NCBI GenBank assembly: GCA_050248855.1
Contig: JBFWRP010000008.1
Coordinates: 64,001 to 128,000 of the forward strand
DNA: 64,000 nt
Reading direction: 5' to 3'
Source of the DNA: Planctomycetota bacterium
Lineage (GTDB): Bacteria; Planctomycetota; PLA2; JAEUHO01
Shown here: positions 42,039 to 50,744 of the stretch, piece by piece
How positions within the stretch are numbered: position 1 is the first letter of the stretch
How the letters are laid out: each line of letters begins with the position of its first letter
Translations under genes and position numbers: made by a program
Notes under the pieces: generated by a model
Seen by the model: only the letters and a program-made list of their open reading frames with translations
The model's database searches: none
Told to the model about the DNA's origin: nothing

Positions 42039-42836
42039 TCACGTGGATTCTGTCGCATCCTCGCGGACGAACGGCCGCAGGTCCAGCCGCCGCTCGTGCC
42101 CGCCGAGCCGCTCCCCCATGGGGGAGGTGCCTTGCATGTAGTGCTTCTGCCAGCGCGCCTCGTTGGCCCTCGACCCGGGGATGTCGAACTCCTCGTTGAA
42201 GACGTTGCGCGCATCCCGCCAGGCAAGGAACTGCCGCTGGAGCTCGGGATCCGCGGCCAACGGCCGGATGCGGGGTGCGAAGCGCTGGGGGTAGCCGCGC
42301 GGGAGCGGCATCAGGCCCATGAAGGGCTCGCCCTCTTCGAAGGTGACCTCGTGATGCGCGCGTGTGAAGCGCCAGTTCATCGTGAAGGTGAACGGTCCCC
42401 AGTCGGCCTCCACGAGGCCCTCCAGCGGCGCGATGCCGTCCTTGGGTCGATTGGCCGGTCCCTTCACCCAGAGGTTGTGCCCAGGCGGCGTGCGGAAGTG
42501 GTAACCCGTCTTGAACGTCAGCAACCCGTGCCCGAAGTGGCTGTCGATGAACGGACTCGTCTCGCCATCGAAGGTGATCGCGATGTCGGACGCCTCGGGT
42601 CCCCCGTTCCATGTGGCCTTGAACGTCACCGGCGACAGCGCCTCCCACCCCAGCTGGTTGGCCATGACCAGCGGCAAACAGCGGTAGGCGAACGCATCGA
42701 CCGTCGCGTCCATCCACGCGCGCTGGTGCGGGGCCGGCCGCAGGTCCACGCAGGGCGTCGACGCCGCTTCGTAGGCAGTCAGCGGCAAGTCCACGGCGCC
42801 GTCTCGCGGGCGCGGGGTGGTGTCGTGCTCAGGCAT
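42039..42836 (-). CDS. DUF6065 family protein
   Basis: RAWMD...AYRCLPLVMANQLGW, SHFGHG, FRTPPG, GPANRPKDG, FTFTMNWRFTR; SD GGAGG. Confidence 0.85.
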   Translation of the reverse strand: MPEHDTTPRPRDGAVDLPLTAYEAASTPCVDLRPAPHQRAWMDATVDAFAYRCLPLVMANQLGWEALSPVTFKATWNGGPEASDIAITFDGETSPFIDSHFGHGLLTFKTGYHFRTPPGHNLWVKGPANRPKDGIAPLEGLVEADWGPFTFTMNWRFTRAHHEVTFEEGEPFMGLMPLPRGYPQRFAPRIRPLAADPELQRQFLAWRDARNVFNEEFDIPGSRANEARWQKHYMQGTSPMGERLGGHERRLDLRPFVREDATEST

Positions 42837-44757
42837 CGGCGACCTCCAGCGGGGCATCATCCGTTTCTCGCCAGATCGCTGCGTACGTGCGGCCCCAGAG
42901 GGGCACACGCCGAGCCGACTCCCACCAGGGTGCGGTCGTCTCGGCCCGGCCCGCGAGACGAGCCTCTGCCGCCGCTGGGTAGGGCCGCCGCTCCTCGGCG
43001 CCCGCGTCCAGGGGAGGCTGCGTGAAGTACAGCGTGTCGTCCATGCCCGCCCGTTGACCGGCGGGCGTCAGGGCAAGGTGCCCGCGTAGCGTGGCAATGC
43101 GCGCGCTGAACGTGGATAGCCGCGTTCCTGCGAACGGAGCAGACGCTGCGGCGCAGATGAGGGTCTCGACGATGCCCACCCAGTGCGGCGGCGTCGCGGC
43201 CGCCACGTCCAGGTCCCGGAACGTCACGATGTGGAAGGCCGCCCGTAGTGGAGCGAAGAACGTCGGATCGTCGTGGTCGGTTGCCAGGTACAGGGTCGTG
43301 CCGGGCTCATACAGACCCCGCGTGTGGGCCAGGAGCTGCGCAGCATCGATCCGGGTCTCCGCGTACTGGAAGTCGCCTCGGCGCACATGCAGGGCGCCGA
43401 AGTGCACTCCCAGGGCCGGATCGCCAAGCGCTTCTTCGGCAAGCGCCACGATCTCCGGCCGGTAGCGCAGGGCATCGCGTAGCACGCGTCGCAGGCGTGC
43501 ATGGAGGCGCGCGTTGCCCAGCAGGAAGAACGCCTCCGCCACACCGAACATGCGGTGCTCGATGGTCATCGGGAAGTAGAGAACATCACAGGCCGTGATG
43601 GCGTCGTCCAGGTAGACCACGCGGCGCGAGCCAACGCGCTCGGCGAGCTCCGGACGCTGGGCCGGCGCATCCGCGGGGTACGCCAAGATGTCGTCCAGCG
43701 CGTTCCACCCGGGTGCATGGCCGTTGGATGCCATCCAATCCGAGAACGCCGCGTAGTCGGCGAACGGCTCGATGCCGCGGCGCGCGGCGAAGTCGTCCGC
43801 GCTGAGCACGGGCAGGTGGCGCTGCAGCGTGTCCAGGTCCAGGAACGCGTCCAGCGCGTGTTCGTCCGCGCCCAGCAGGTAGTGGCGCTTGGGTGGGGGC
43901 AGCACGAGCGTGCGCCCTGCCAGCCACGCGAGGCCGACCATCACCTCCAGGTGCATCAGGACGTTGTTCCAGCCGCCGTAGTCCGGCTGGAAGGCCAGGA
44001 ACCCGCCTGACCTGGCGATGGGCGCCTGGGCGACCTCGGGCTGTCCGTAGAGCAACGCTCGCAACGGCCGCCGCGCGTCGAGGCGGGCCATGCGCTCCGC
44101 GGTGTAGGCCCACCATGGCGGTCGGTAGTGGATGAAGAGTGCGGCGTAGGTGTCGCCCATGAGCCCCCGATCGCGCTCGTGCGCCAGTCGCGCGCCTTCG
44201 TAGAGCAACGCTTCACCCGGGGCCAGCGTCACCTCGTGGCGCCTGTTGTCCGGCCCGTGCAGCACGAGTGGCCACGGTGCGTCGCACTCCTGGGCAACCA
44301 ACAGGACTGCGCTGGCAACGTGCGTCTCGAGGTGGTCCACATGCGGTGCAAGGGTCGCGCCCCGGTGGTAGACGCGAACGCCATAGATCGAGGTGGCCAC
44401 CAGCGGCTCGCCGCACCAGGCCTCGACCACGGGCTGCATGCCGTCGAGGATCGCGCGTGCCAGCGCCGAGGTGTGGTCCAGTCGGAGCAGGCTGGAAGCC
44501 ACGCCGTCGCCCGTCAAGCGCACGATCGAGCCAACGCCCTCCTCGGGCTCGAGGTGGTCTGCGTGCTTGCGATACCAGCCCGCAAGCTGGGCGAAGATCA
44601 CGTCAGGAACGCGGGTCGTGCGGAAGCCGGTCCGCGTGAGCGCAGGCAGCACGCGCCCATGCAGCGCGGCGCGCGCACGCCGCGCCGCATCCGCTTCCCC
44701 GTGCAACGTCCTGTCCACGCTGGACTCCCACTCGCCAACCGCGGGATGGTGCCACAT
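42829..44757 (-). CDS. Fusion: 2OG-Fe(II) oxygenase (prolyl-hydroxylase-like) + protein O-fucosyltransferase (GT-B)
   Basis: N-terminal YGVRVY..HVD...HER...YAALFIHY; C-terminal GGWNN, GRTLVLPP, LHVRRGDF, LYLATD, AGTRLSTFS; start 44757 or 44718. Confidence 0.8.
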   Translation of the reverse strand: MWHHPAVGEWESSVDRTLHGEADAARRARAALHGRVLPALTRTGFRTTRVPDVIFAQLAGWYRKHADHLEPEEGVGSIVRLTGDGVASSLLRLDHTSALARAILDGMQPVVEAWCGEPLVATSIYGVRVYHRGATLAPHVDHLETHVASAVLLVAQECDAPWPLVLHGPDNRRHEVTLAPGEALLYEGARLAHERDRGLMGDTYAALFIHYRPPWWAYTAERMARLDARRPLRALLYGQPEVAQAPIARSGGFLAFQPDYGGWNNVLMHLEVMVGLAWLAGRTLVLPPPKRHYLLGADEHALDAFLDLDTLQRHLPVLSADDFAARRGIEPFADYAAFSDWMASNGHAPGWNALDDILAYPADAPAQRPELAERVGSRRVVYLDDAITACDVLYFPMTIEHRMFGVAEAFFLLGNARLHARLRRVLRDALRYRPEIVALAEEALGDPALGVHFGALHVRRGDFQYAETRIDAAQLLAHTRGLYEPGTTLYLATDHDDPTFFAPLRAAFHIVTFRDLDVAAATPPHWVGIVETLICAAASAPFAGTRLSTFSARIATLRGHLALTPAGQRAGMDDTLYFTQPPLDAGAEERRPYPAAAEARLAGRAETTAPWWESARRVPLWGRTYAAIWRETDDAPLEVADA

Positions 44758-44770
44758 CGCAGCACGCGCA

Positions 44771-45691
44771 TCAAGCGTCGCGGAGACGCGCCAGACGGCG
44801 TCCCACCTCCCGTCGGATGCGGCGAACGCCGCGATGCCAGAACCGCCCACGCTGCTTGCCGTCGCGCACGAAGTGATGGCTCACGGTGTGATCGTCCAGA
44901 TCACCCTGCAGCTGGTAGCCTGGAGGAAGGCGCTCGGCACCCAGCTCGGTCATCAGCAGCGCATGCGCGGTCTGCTCGTGCTTGTTGACCTGCCCCGGCG
45001 GGAGCGTCGCCTTGGCAAACGTGAGGTAACGCTCGATCAAGTCCAGGTGCTGGCGGTACGCCTCGACCGGTACGTGCAGCAGCCCTGCGTTGACACGCGG
45101 CAGGACCTCGCGACCGCGCCACGCGGACAGGGCTGGTAACGTCGTGCCGTACGAGCTCTGGTAGTCCGAGCCGAAGCACGCCACGCCGCGCGCGATCCGG
45201 TCCAGCAGGACATCCGGGCGCCGGAAGAACAACACATCGCTGTCCAGGACCAGGACGGTGGCGGAGCGCGCCGCGACCAGGATGTCGAACAGCTTGCGCG
45301 CGCAGTAGAAGTCCGGACGTCGGCGAAACTCGGCGCAGACAGGGTGGTTGCGCAGCGCCTCGGCCGTGGCCCGGTCCATCGAGGCCGCATCCAGGATCTC
45401 GATCCCGTCGAAGGTCCGGCGGTACGCTTGGGCGTGGGCGTCGGTCAGCGTGCCATCGTCGTGCAGGACGATTCGCGGACGCAGACCCGAGAACGCCACG
45501 AAGCTCGATAGGGACCAAAGCGACATCGCGACGTCGCCTGCACAGACCACCGAGTGCACCTCGACGCCGGCCACGCCCACCCGCACCTGCGGTCCCGGGG
45601 GAGCAACGTTTTCGATACGACGCCGCCGGTACGCGCGCAGCGAACGCTTGAGCTTGCGCAGCGGCCCGCTCCGCTTGCGATTGCTCGCCAC
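44771..45691 (-). CDS. GT-A fold glycosyltransferase
   Basis: IVLHDDG, KLFD, VLVLDSDVLFF (DxD), VNAGL, EQT; SD GGAGGT before the GTG. Confidence 0.75.
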   Translation of the reverse strand: MASNRKRSGPLRKLKRSLRAYRRRRIENVAPPGPQVRVGVAGVEVHSVVCAGDVAMSLWSLSSFVAFSGLRPRIVLHDDGTLTDAHAQAYRRTFDGIEILDAASMDRATAEALRNHPVCAEFRRRPDFYCARKLFDILVAARSATVLVLDSDVLFFRRPDVLLDRIARGVACFGSDYQSSYGTTLPALSAWRGREVLPRVNAGLLHVPVEAYRQHLDLIERYLTFAKATLPPGQVNKHEQTAHALLMTELGAERLPPGYQLQGDLDDHTVSHHFVRDGKQRGRFWHRGVRRIRREVGRRLARLRDA

Positions 45692-45742
45692 GGCGTCGCA
45701 CCTCCAGCGTGCCATGCTATAGGACTGCGCGGAGGTCGCCCA

Positions 45743-46606
45743 GTGCCGGACACGATGCACACGGTGATTTGCACCGACACCGCGCCCGCGCTGCAGTGGC
45801 AGTGCGAGCTGCTCGAGCACACTTGGCACGCCGTACAACAGCCCGGCCAGCTGCTCCGCTTGGTTGCCGCTTCCGCCGACCAACCCCTGCCCGAGCACCG
45901 CCACGCACGTGTCCTGCGCGTGCCACCGTCCAACCTCGACCCGCTGGGCGGCGACGCCTACATCGCCGCGAACCGCCTTTCCTCGCTCGCGCACTGGCTG
46001 CGCGAGGAACAGCCCGAAGGCACCGTCCTGATCCTGGACCCCGACATGGTCTTCCGCACGCCGCAGGCTCTTTGGGCCGCCCCCGGCAAGCCCATCGCCC
46101 AGCGCTGGGTCGACTTCGGCGACGGCTCGTGGCTGGCCGACCGCATGGGAGTAGAGCGCAGCAGCCTGCAGCCAGCCACGTGGCCCATCGCGATCCACAC
46201 GATCGACCTCGCGAGCCTGCTGCCGCGGTGGAGCCAGCGCACGGTCGACGTCTACCGCGCGACAGGCCGCTGGGAGAGCGACATGTTCGCGCTCGTCCAG
46301 GCCGCGTCCGAGATCGGCCTCTCCTTCGATCTGGCAACCACCTGCGCCTGGATGCCCTGGCCCGAGGCCACGGTCGCCGGAGCGCCGATCATCCACTATT
46401 GCCAACCCGTCCAGGCCCATGACGGAAGCACGATCTGGGACAAGCGCAGCTACCACCCCTGGGCCACGGACTTCGAGCCCGCCCTCGCGCTCTTGGACTA
46501 CTGCCGCGAGCTGCTCGAGATCGTCATGGGGTATGCGAGGCTCCGGAGTACCGGAGTACCGCGGGGTACCGGGGAGTACCGAGTGCGGGCAAATCCCATG
46601 GACTAG
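45743..46606 (+). CDS. Peptide O-glycosyltransferase related to plant Ser O-galactosyltransferase / Hyp O-arabinosyltransferase (GT96/GT95-like)
   Basis: HTV...WQ...QPG..LRL, GDAY.A.N, LAHWL, LILDPDMVF, GKPIA, IHTIDL..L.P.W, WESDMFA..AA, IIHY, WDKRSY. Confidence 0.75.
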   Translation: MPDTMHTVICTDTAPALQWQCELLEHTWHAVQQPGQLLRLVAASADQPLPEHRHARVLRVPPSNLDPLGGDAYIAANRLSSLAHWLREEQPEGTVLILDPDMVFRTPQALWAAPGKPIAQRWVDFGDGSWLADRMGVERSSLQPATWPIAIHTIDLASLLPRWSQRTVDVYRATGRWESDMFALVQAASEIGLSFDLATTCAWMPWPEATVAGAPIIHYCQPVQAHDGSTIWDKRSYHPWATDFEPALALLDYCRELLEIVMGYARLRSTGVPRGTGEYRVRANPMD

Positions 46607-47030
46607 CGTGACCCTCGCGCGGTCCCCCGCGAGGGAGGTCCAGCCGATGGGGGGATCCCATGGGCCAGCGATGGCGCTTGGATGCTCCTGGACGTACGGG
46701 CAACCGTTCACGTACCCGCTCTCCTGGGCCGGGAACCCGCCGGCAAAGGGCGCTTGGACGCCGCTCGGAGCGGAGCGCGACCGCCACGCATCGGGGCGTC
46801 AGGGCGACGGGTCTGGGGTCAGCTGGACGCGGTCTCCGCTTGCGGGAGGGCCGGGCTCGTCGCCAGCGGCGGCAGCTGGGGGGACCTCGACGTGACCCTC
46901 TCCCACCCGCGGACCGCGGGTGGACCGTTCCCGTCGCAGCTGCGCATCACGAAGGATGGCGTACCGCTGCCGCTGGCCGTGCCCGATCTCGCCGGCCTCG
47001 GGCCCGACGACGGCGAGGGCAAGCTCGCGG

Positions 47031-47106
47031 GGGTACGGAGGCGGGAAGAAGCGTTGCAACTTGCGCCAGGGTACGGAGGCGGGAAGAACCGTTGCAACCT
47101 GCGCCA
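47031..47106 (+). repeat. Two tandem 38-bp half-elements of repeat family B
   Basis: GGGTACGGAGGCGGGAAGAA(G/C)CGTTGCAAC(T/C)TGCGCCA x2. Confidence 0.85.
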
Positions 47107-47366
47107 GATCCTTGTCCTCGACGTGGATTGCTTCAGTGCATGGGCTTGCAGAGGCATGCAACAAGTGCTCTCGCCTCTGTACTGCACCGCCTCTCGACTG
47201 CATTCGCTTGGCACGTCGTACATGTGTCGCGGCTCGCTCGCCTCGACGCGCGGCGGCGCCGCAGCGAACCTGCAGCGTAGGTGGATTCCACCTCCCGCGC
47301 TGCCGGAGCGGGTACGCTTGCCGGTGCACCATCTGCCGTGCTTGCCGGTTTGGCCCGGAGGACCGC

Positions 47367-48041
47367 GTGCTGTCCCTCGTCCTGTTCGACTTCGATGGCA
47401 CCTTGGTCGACACGGAGAGGGCGATCCTTGCTTGCGTGGCCGAAGTCTGTCGCGAGTTCGCGCTGCCCGACCCACCGGACAACGCGGTGCGGGAGCTCAT
47501 CGGACTTCCTCTCGAGGCGACCATGCACGCTGTCGCCGAGGGCCACTCGCAAGCGTCGCCGCTGACGGCGATGGTGGCGGCCTACCGGCGCAAGTACCCC
47601 AGCATCGCCGATGCGCTCTCCGACGCGTACGACGGCGTGACGGAGTTGCTTGAGGACTTGTGCGCAGAAGGGGTTCGGCTTGGCATCGCCACCAGCAAGG
47701 GATCCAAGGCCATCCAAGATGCGCTGCGGCGATTCCGCTGGACCAGCCTCTTCCAGCACGTGGAGACATCCCAGTCGGTGGTGCGACCCAAACCGGACCC
47801 CGAGATGCTGCTGAACCACCTGCGGCTTGCAGGCGTGGATGCAAGGGACGCGCTGATGGTTGGCGATGCGCCCTCCGACATCGAGATGGCCAACCGCGCT
47901 GGGGTTGCCTCCTGTGCCGTCACATGGGGGATGGGGAGCCCTGCGGGCCTTGCCGCGTCGGCTCCGTCCTTCACCGTCGCCACTGTCGCAGAGCTCCGCG
48001 AGCAGTTGTTTGGGATGCTCGACAGCCACGCCGGATGCTAG
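47367..48041 (+). CDS. HAD-IA hydrolase (phosphoglycolate phosphatase-like)
   Basis: FDFDGTLVDT, IATSK, KPDP, MVGDAPSD; SD GGAGG. Confidence 0.88.
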   Translation: MLSLVLFDFDGTLVDTERAILACVAEVCREFALPDPPDNAVRELIGLPLEATMHAVAEGHSQASPLTAMVAAYRRKYPSIADALSDAYDGVTELLEDLCAEGVRLGIATSKGSKAIQDALRRFRWTSLFQHVETSQSVVRPKPDPEMLLNHLRLAGVDARDALMVGDAPSDIEMANRAGVASCAVTWGMGSPAGLAASAPSFTVATVAELREQLFGMLDSHAGC

Positions 48042-48064
48042 GGTTCGCCCCGCGGCACCAGGCG

Positions 48065-48499
48065 CTACGGCAGTCTGAGAATGAAGGCGGTCTTCTCGCC
48101 TCGCGTCATCCCGCAGCCCTCGTAGAAGCGGAGAGTGGACTCACGCCTGCTGCCCGTCTCCAAGATCACCTTGTAGCAGCCCCAGGTCTCCGCCAGCTCG
48201 ATGGCGGCTCGCATCAGCGCGGTCCCGACTCCGCGGCTTCGCTCGCTTGCGTCAACCACGACCGTCTCGATCACGCCGAACGGACGACAGCCGTGCGACA
48301 GCCCTTCGATGCGGCCCAGAGTCGCCATGCCGATGATCCGCTCGCCTGCTACGTACCCAAGCACGGCCACATGGGGGCTGGCGCTCATGGCCTCGATCTG
48401 GGCCTTGACCCTGGCGGCGTCGATCACCGCCCCTGGATGAAGCTGGCCCAAGAGGGCGACGACGTCGGAGGCGTCGGCTCCCGTCACGCTGCGGATCAT
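48065..48499 (-). CDS. GNAT family N-acetyltransferase
   Basis: VVVDASERSRGVG, GCYKVIL, FYEGCG. Confidence 0.85.
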   Translation of the reverse strand: MIRSVTGADASDVVALLGQLHPGAVIDAARVKAQIEAMSASPHVAVLGYVAGERIIGMATLGRIEGLSHGCRPFGVIETVVVDASERSRGVGTALMRAAIELAETWGCYKVILETGSRRESTLRFYEGCGMTRGEKTAFILRLP

Positions 48500-48550
48500 G
48501 TCCCTCCGATCTCCAACGGGTCGATGGGCGACGCTCCGTGCGCGCGGCCG

Positions 48551-50689
48551 TCAGGTCCTTCCTGCGTCGCCTCCGAGCGGCACGTGGGCTGCGCGAACCA
48601 TCCGCTCGCGAGTCTCCTCGTCCGCTACCCAGAGGTAGATCCCGCGGACGGCGCGGGACAACAGGATGCGGTATCCGCGCTTGAGGCGCCGCAGCAGCTC
48701 ATCGGCTGCCGCCGGGTCGCCCTTCTTGGCTCTCCCCTTCGTCATTCTCCAAGCCGACTCGTGGACATGCCCGAGGTCGGCTTGCCACGCGTTGCCGCGC
48801 CAGACCAGGTCCTCGAGCCAGAGCAGCCCGATCACGTCGAAGTCGAAGCCCCGCACCACGTAGGGGCAGCCGACCTCGGCGAGGGGGTCTTCCGCCATCG
48901 GCGTGCCCTTCGGCGCCTGGACCCAGCGCGCGTAGTCTTGGCCCGGAGCGTGGTTCCAGATCCTCGACCAATGGCGTTCGCCATCGGGGCCGGCGTAGGG
49001 GATGTGGAAATCCATGTCGTGTGCCAACAGGTCGTGGGGGCGGCCCTCGTCCTTCGTTCGCCAGGGTCGTGCGTACGAGGCCACCAGGCGAACGCGGCGG
49101 CCCAGGTCCGCCTCGCGTCGCAGGGCGTCCTCCAGAGCTTGCGGCGTGTCCACGATCTCGAACCCGAAGCGGCCGGGTCTCGTGGCGGTCCGTCGCCACG
49201 TCGGCGCCGGAACCTCCGCCGCCGGCACATCGCGAAGCACGGTGTCGACCCACTTCACGTACTCGGCCGAGCCTCCGCATCGGAACTGGGCATCGCCGAG
49301 ACTCACTTCCTCGACCCGGGAGATGCCCTGGTCCTTGGCGAGCTCCCGGATGCGTTCCGGCGTCGTGAGCTCGTTGTCGCGGTAGCTCTGGCGGGGGTCG
49401 GTCAGGAAGATCGACACGCGGGAGGTACGCATGACGTGCCAGGCCTGGGGACCGGCGTGCATGCCCCAGCCCGACGGGCTCACACCGCGGGCGCCGTGGG
49501 CCGCCGGGTCGATGAGAGCGTGCGCCTCGTCCACGATCGTGACCGTGAAGGTGTCGTCCTTGAGCCTCGGCACGTGGCCCTGGACGTGGAACTCGTCGAG
49601 ATTGGCGCGCCAGGTCTCGACCTCGATCGCGAGGCCGCGCTTGCGCGCCTCGCCGACCCATTTGGGCGTGAGGCCGGGGTTCAGCCGATTGGCACGCACC
49701 ACGAAGCCCGCGCCGGCACGCTTGCCGGCCACGCTGGTGAAGAGGTGCTCCCAGTTGGCAGCCTGGGCGCCGGAGGTGGAGACGACCACGCAGTCGCCTT
49801 GAAGCTCCGGTCGGTTGGCCAGCTCGGCCCAAAGGTGGGCAGCGACGACCGACTTGCCGCTTCCAGGCGGTCCCTCGATGAGGATGACGGCCTTCTCGCT
49901 CCCACGTGCTCCTGCAAGGGCCTCGTCAACTCGCTGGACGCAGAGCTCGAAGCCCAGGCGTTGGTTGTCGAGGAGGACGAACTCGGGCGTCCCGTCGCGG
50001 ATCGTCTGGGCGACCTGGGCCACGAAGTTGCGATCCTGCTTGTAGCCACCGCGGCTGAAGCGCTCCGCGAAGTCGCCGTCGGGGCGATGCAGGTGCATTC
50101 GGAGGTAGGTGGTCAGGGACCCGGTGGCGGCCGCATCCGACATCGTGAAGACCGGGAACTCGCCGACCAACGCGGAGTGGGGGGAGGCCACGTAGGCCCA
50201 GGCGTCCTGCGTCTTGGTGAAGAGCACGCAGCCCTCCACCGCGGCGTCCGTGCCCACCACGGCCTCGTGGAAGCGGCGGCAGTACTCGACGTAGCCCTCG
50301 ACCTGGGCGGAGGGATGCAGCATGAGTCCGTGGGGCCGATCGACGAGACTGGCCCGCGGCCCCGGGCGGTCCGAGCTCGTGTCCCAGTGCTTCAGCTCGA
50401 ACATGACCGCGACCGGTCCGGCCTCGCCCCGTCCCAACAGGACCGCGTCGCAGTACGACGCGGCGGCAGGCATCTGGTACTCGAGGTCGATCGCGGCCTC
50501 GTGACCGAACTGGATGTGGAAGCGCTCCAGCCCTGCGGCATCGAAGGCCTTGCTGAGGCGGGGCAGCGAGCTTTCCCAGGCGAGCTCTTCGTCCACGCCG
50601 AAGCGGCCCGTGGCCTCCTGCAGATCGCCCACCAGCCTGCGCATGTCGGACTTCACGCGGCGTCGGAAGGATCGCACGTCAAGCAGCAC
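48551..50689 (-). CDS. DUF2075 (Schlafen-group-3-like) helicase with N-terminal nuclease-like domain
   Basis: EY...D...ELKHW nuclease-like motif; GPPGSGKS, IVDEAH, QFRCGG, GFDFD, YRILLSRA. Confidence 0.82.
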   Translation of the reverse strand: MLLDVRSFRRRVKSDMRRLVGDLQEATGRFGVDEELAWESSLPRLSKAFDAAGLERFHIQFGHEAAIDLEYQMPAAASYCDAVLLGRGEAGPVAVMFELKHWDTSSDRPGPRASLVDRPHGLMLHPSAQVEGYVEYCRRFHEAVVGTDAAVEGCVLFTKTQDAWAYVASPHSALVGEFPVFTMSDAAATGSLTTYLRMHLHRPDGDFAERFSRGGYKQDRNFVAQVAQTIRDGTPEFVLLDNQRLGFELCVQRVDEALAGARGSEKAVILIEGPPGSGKSVVAAHLWAELANRPELQGDCVVVSTSGAQAANWEHLFTSVAGKRAGAGFVVRANRLNPGLTPKWVGEARKRGLAIEVETWRANLDEFHVQGHVPRLKDDTFTVTIVDEAHALIDPAAHGARGVSPSGWGMHAGPQAWHVMRTSRVSIFLTDPRQSYRDNELTTPERIRELAKDQGISRVEEVSLGDAQFRCGGSAEYVKWVDTVLRDVPAAEVPAPTWRRTATRPGRFGFEIVDTPQALEDALRREADLGRRVRLVASYARPWRTKDEGRPHDLLAHDMDFHIPYAGPDGERHWSRIWNHAPGQDYARWVQAPKGTPMAEDPLAEVGCPYVVRGFDFDVIGLLWLEDLVWRGNAWQADLGHVHESAWRMTKGRAKKGDPAAADELLRRLKRGYRILLSRAVRGIYLWVADEETRERMVRAAHVPLGGDAGRT

Positions 50690-50744
50690 GGGAAGCTCCG
50701 GTACGGCGCCCAACCTTCGGTGCGCTGGGGTTGCGTGACAAGAT

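Noticed and set aside
46544..46585. Short (A/G)GTACCG repeats at the end of the SGT/HPAT-like gene
   Set aside because: Four irregular 7-mers in a probably unconstrained C-terminal tail; too short to interpret
46620..47030. Possible gene remnant between the glycosyltransferase and HAD genes
   Set aside because: No consistent frame or recognisable motif
47031..47106. Possible CRISPR mini-array
   Set aside because: Two directly abutting 38-bp units with no spacer and no cas genes; the sequence is a family B repeat arm
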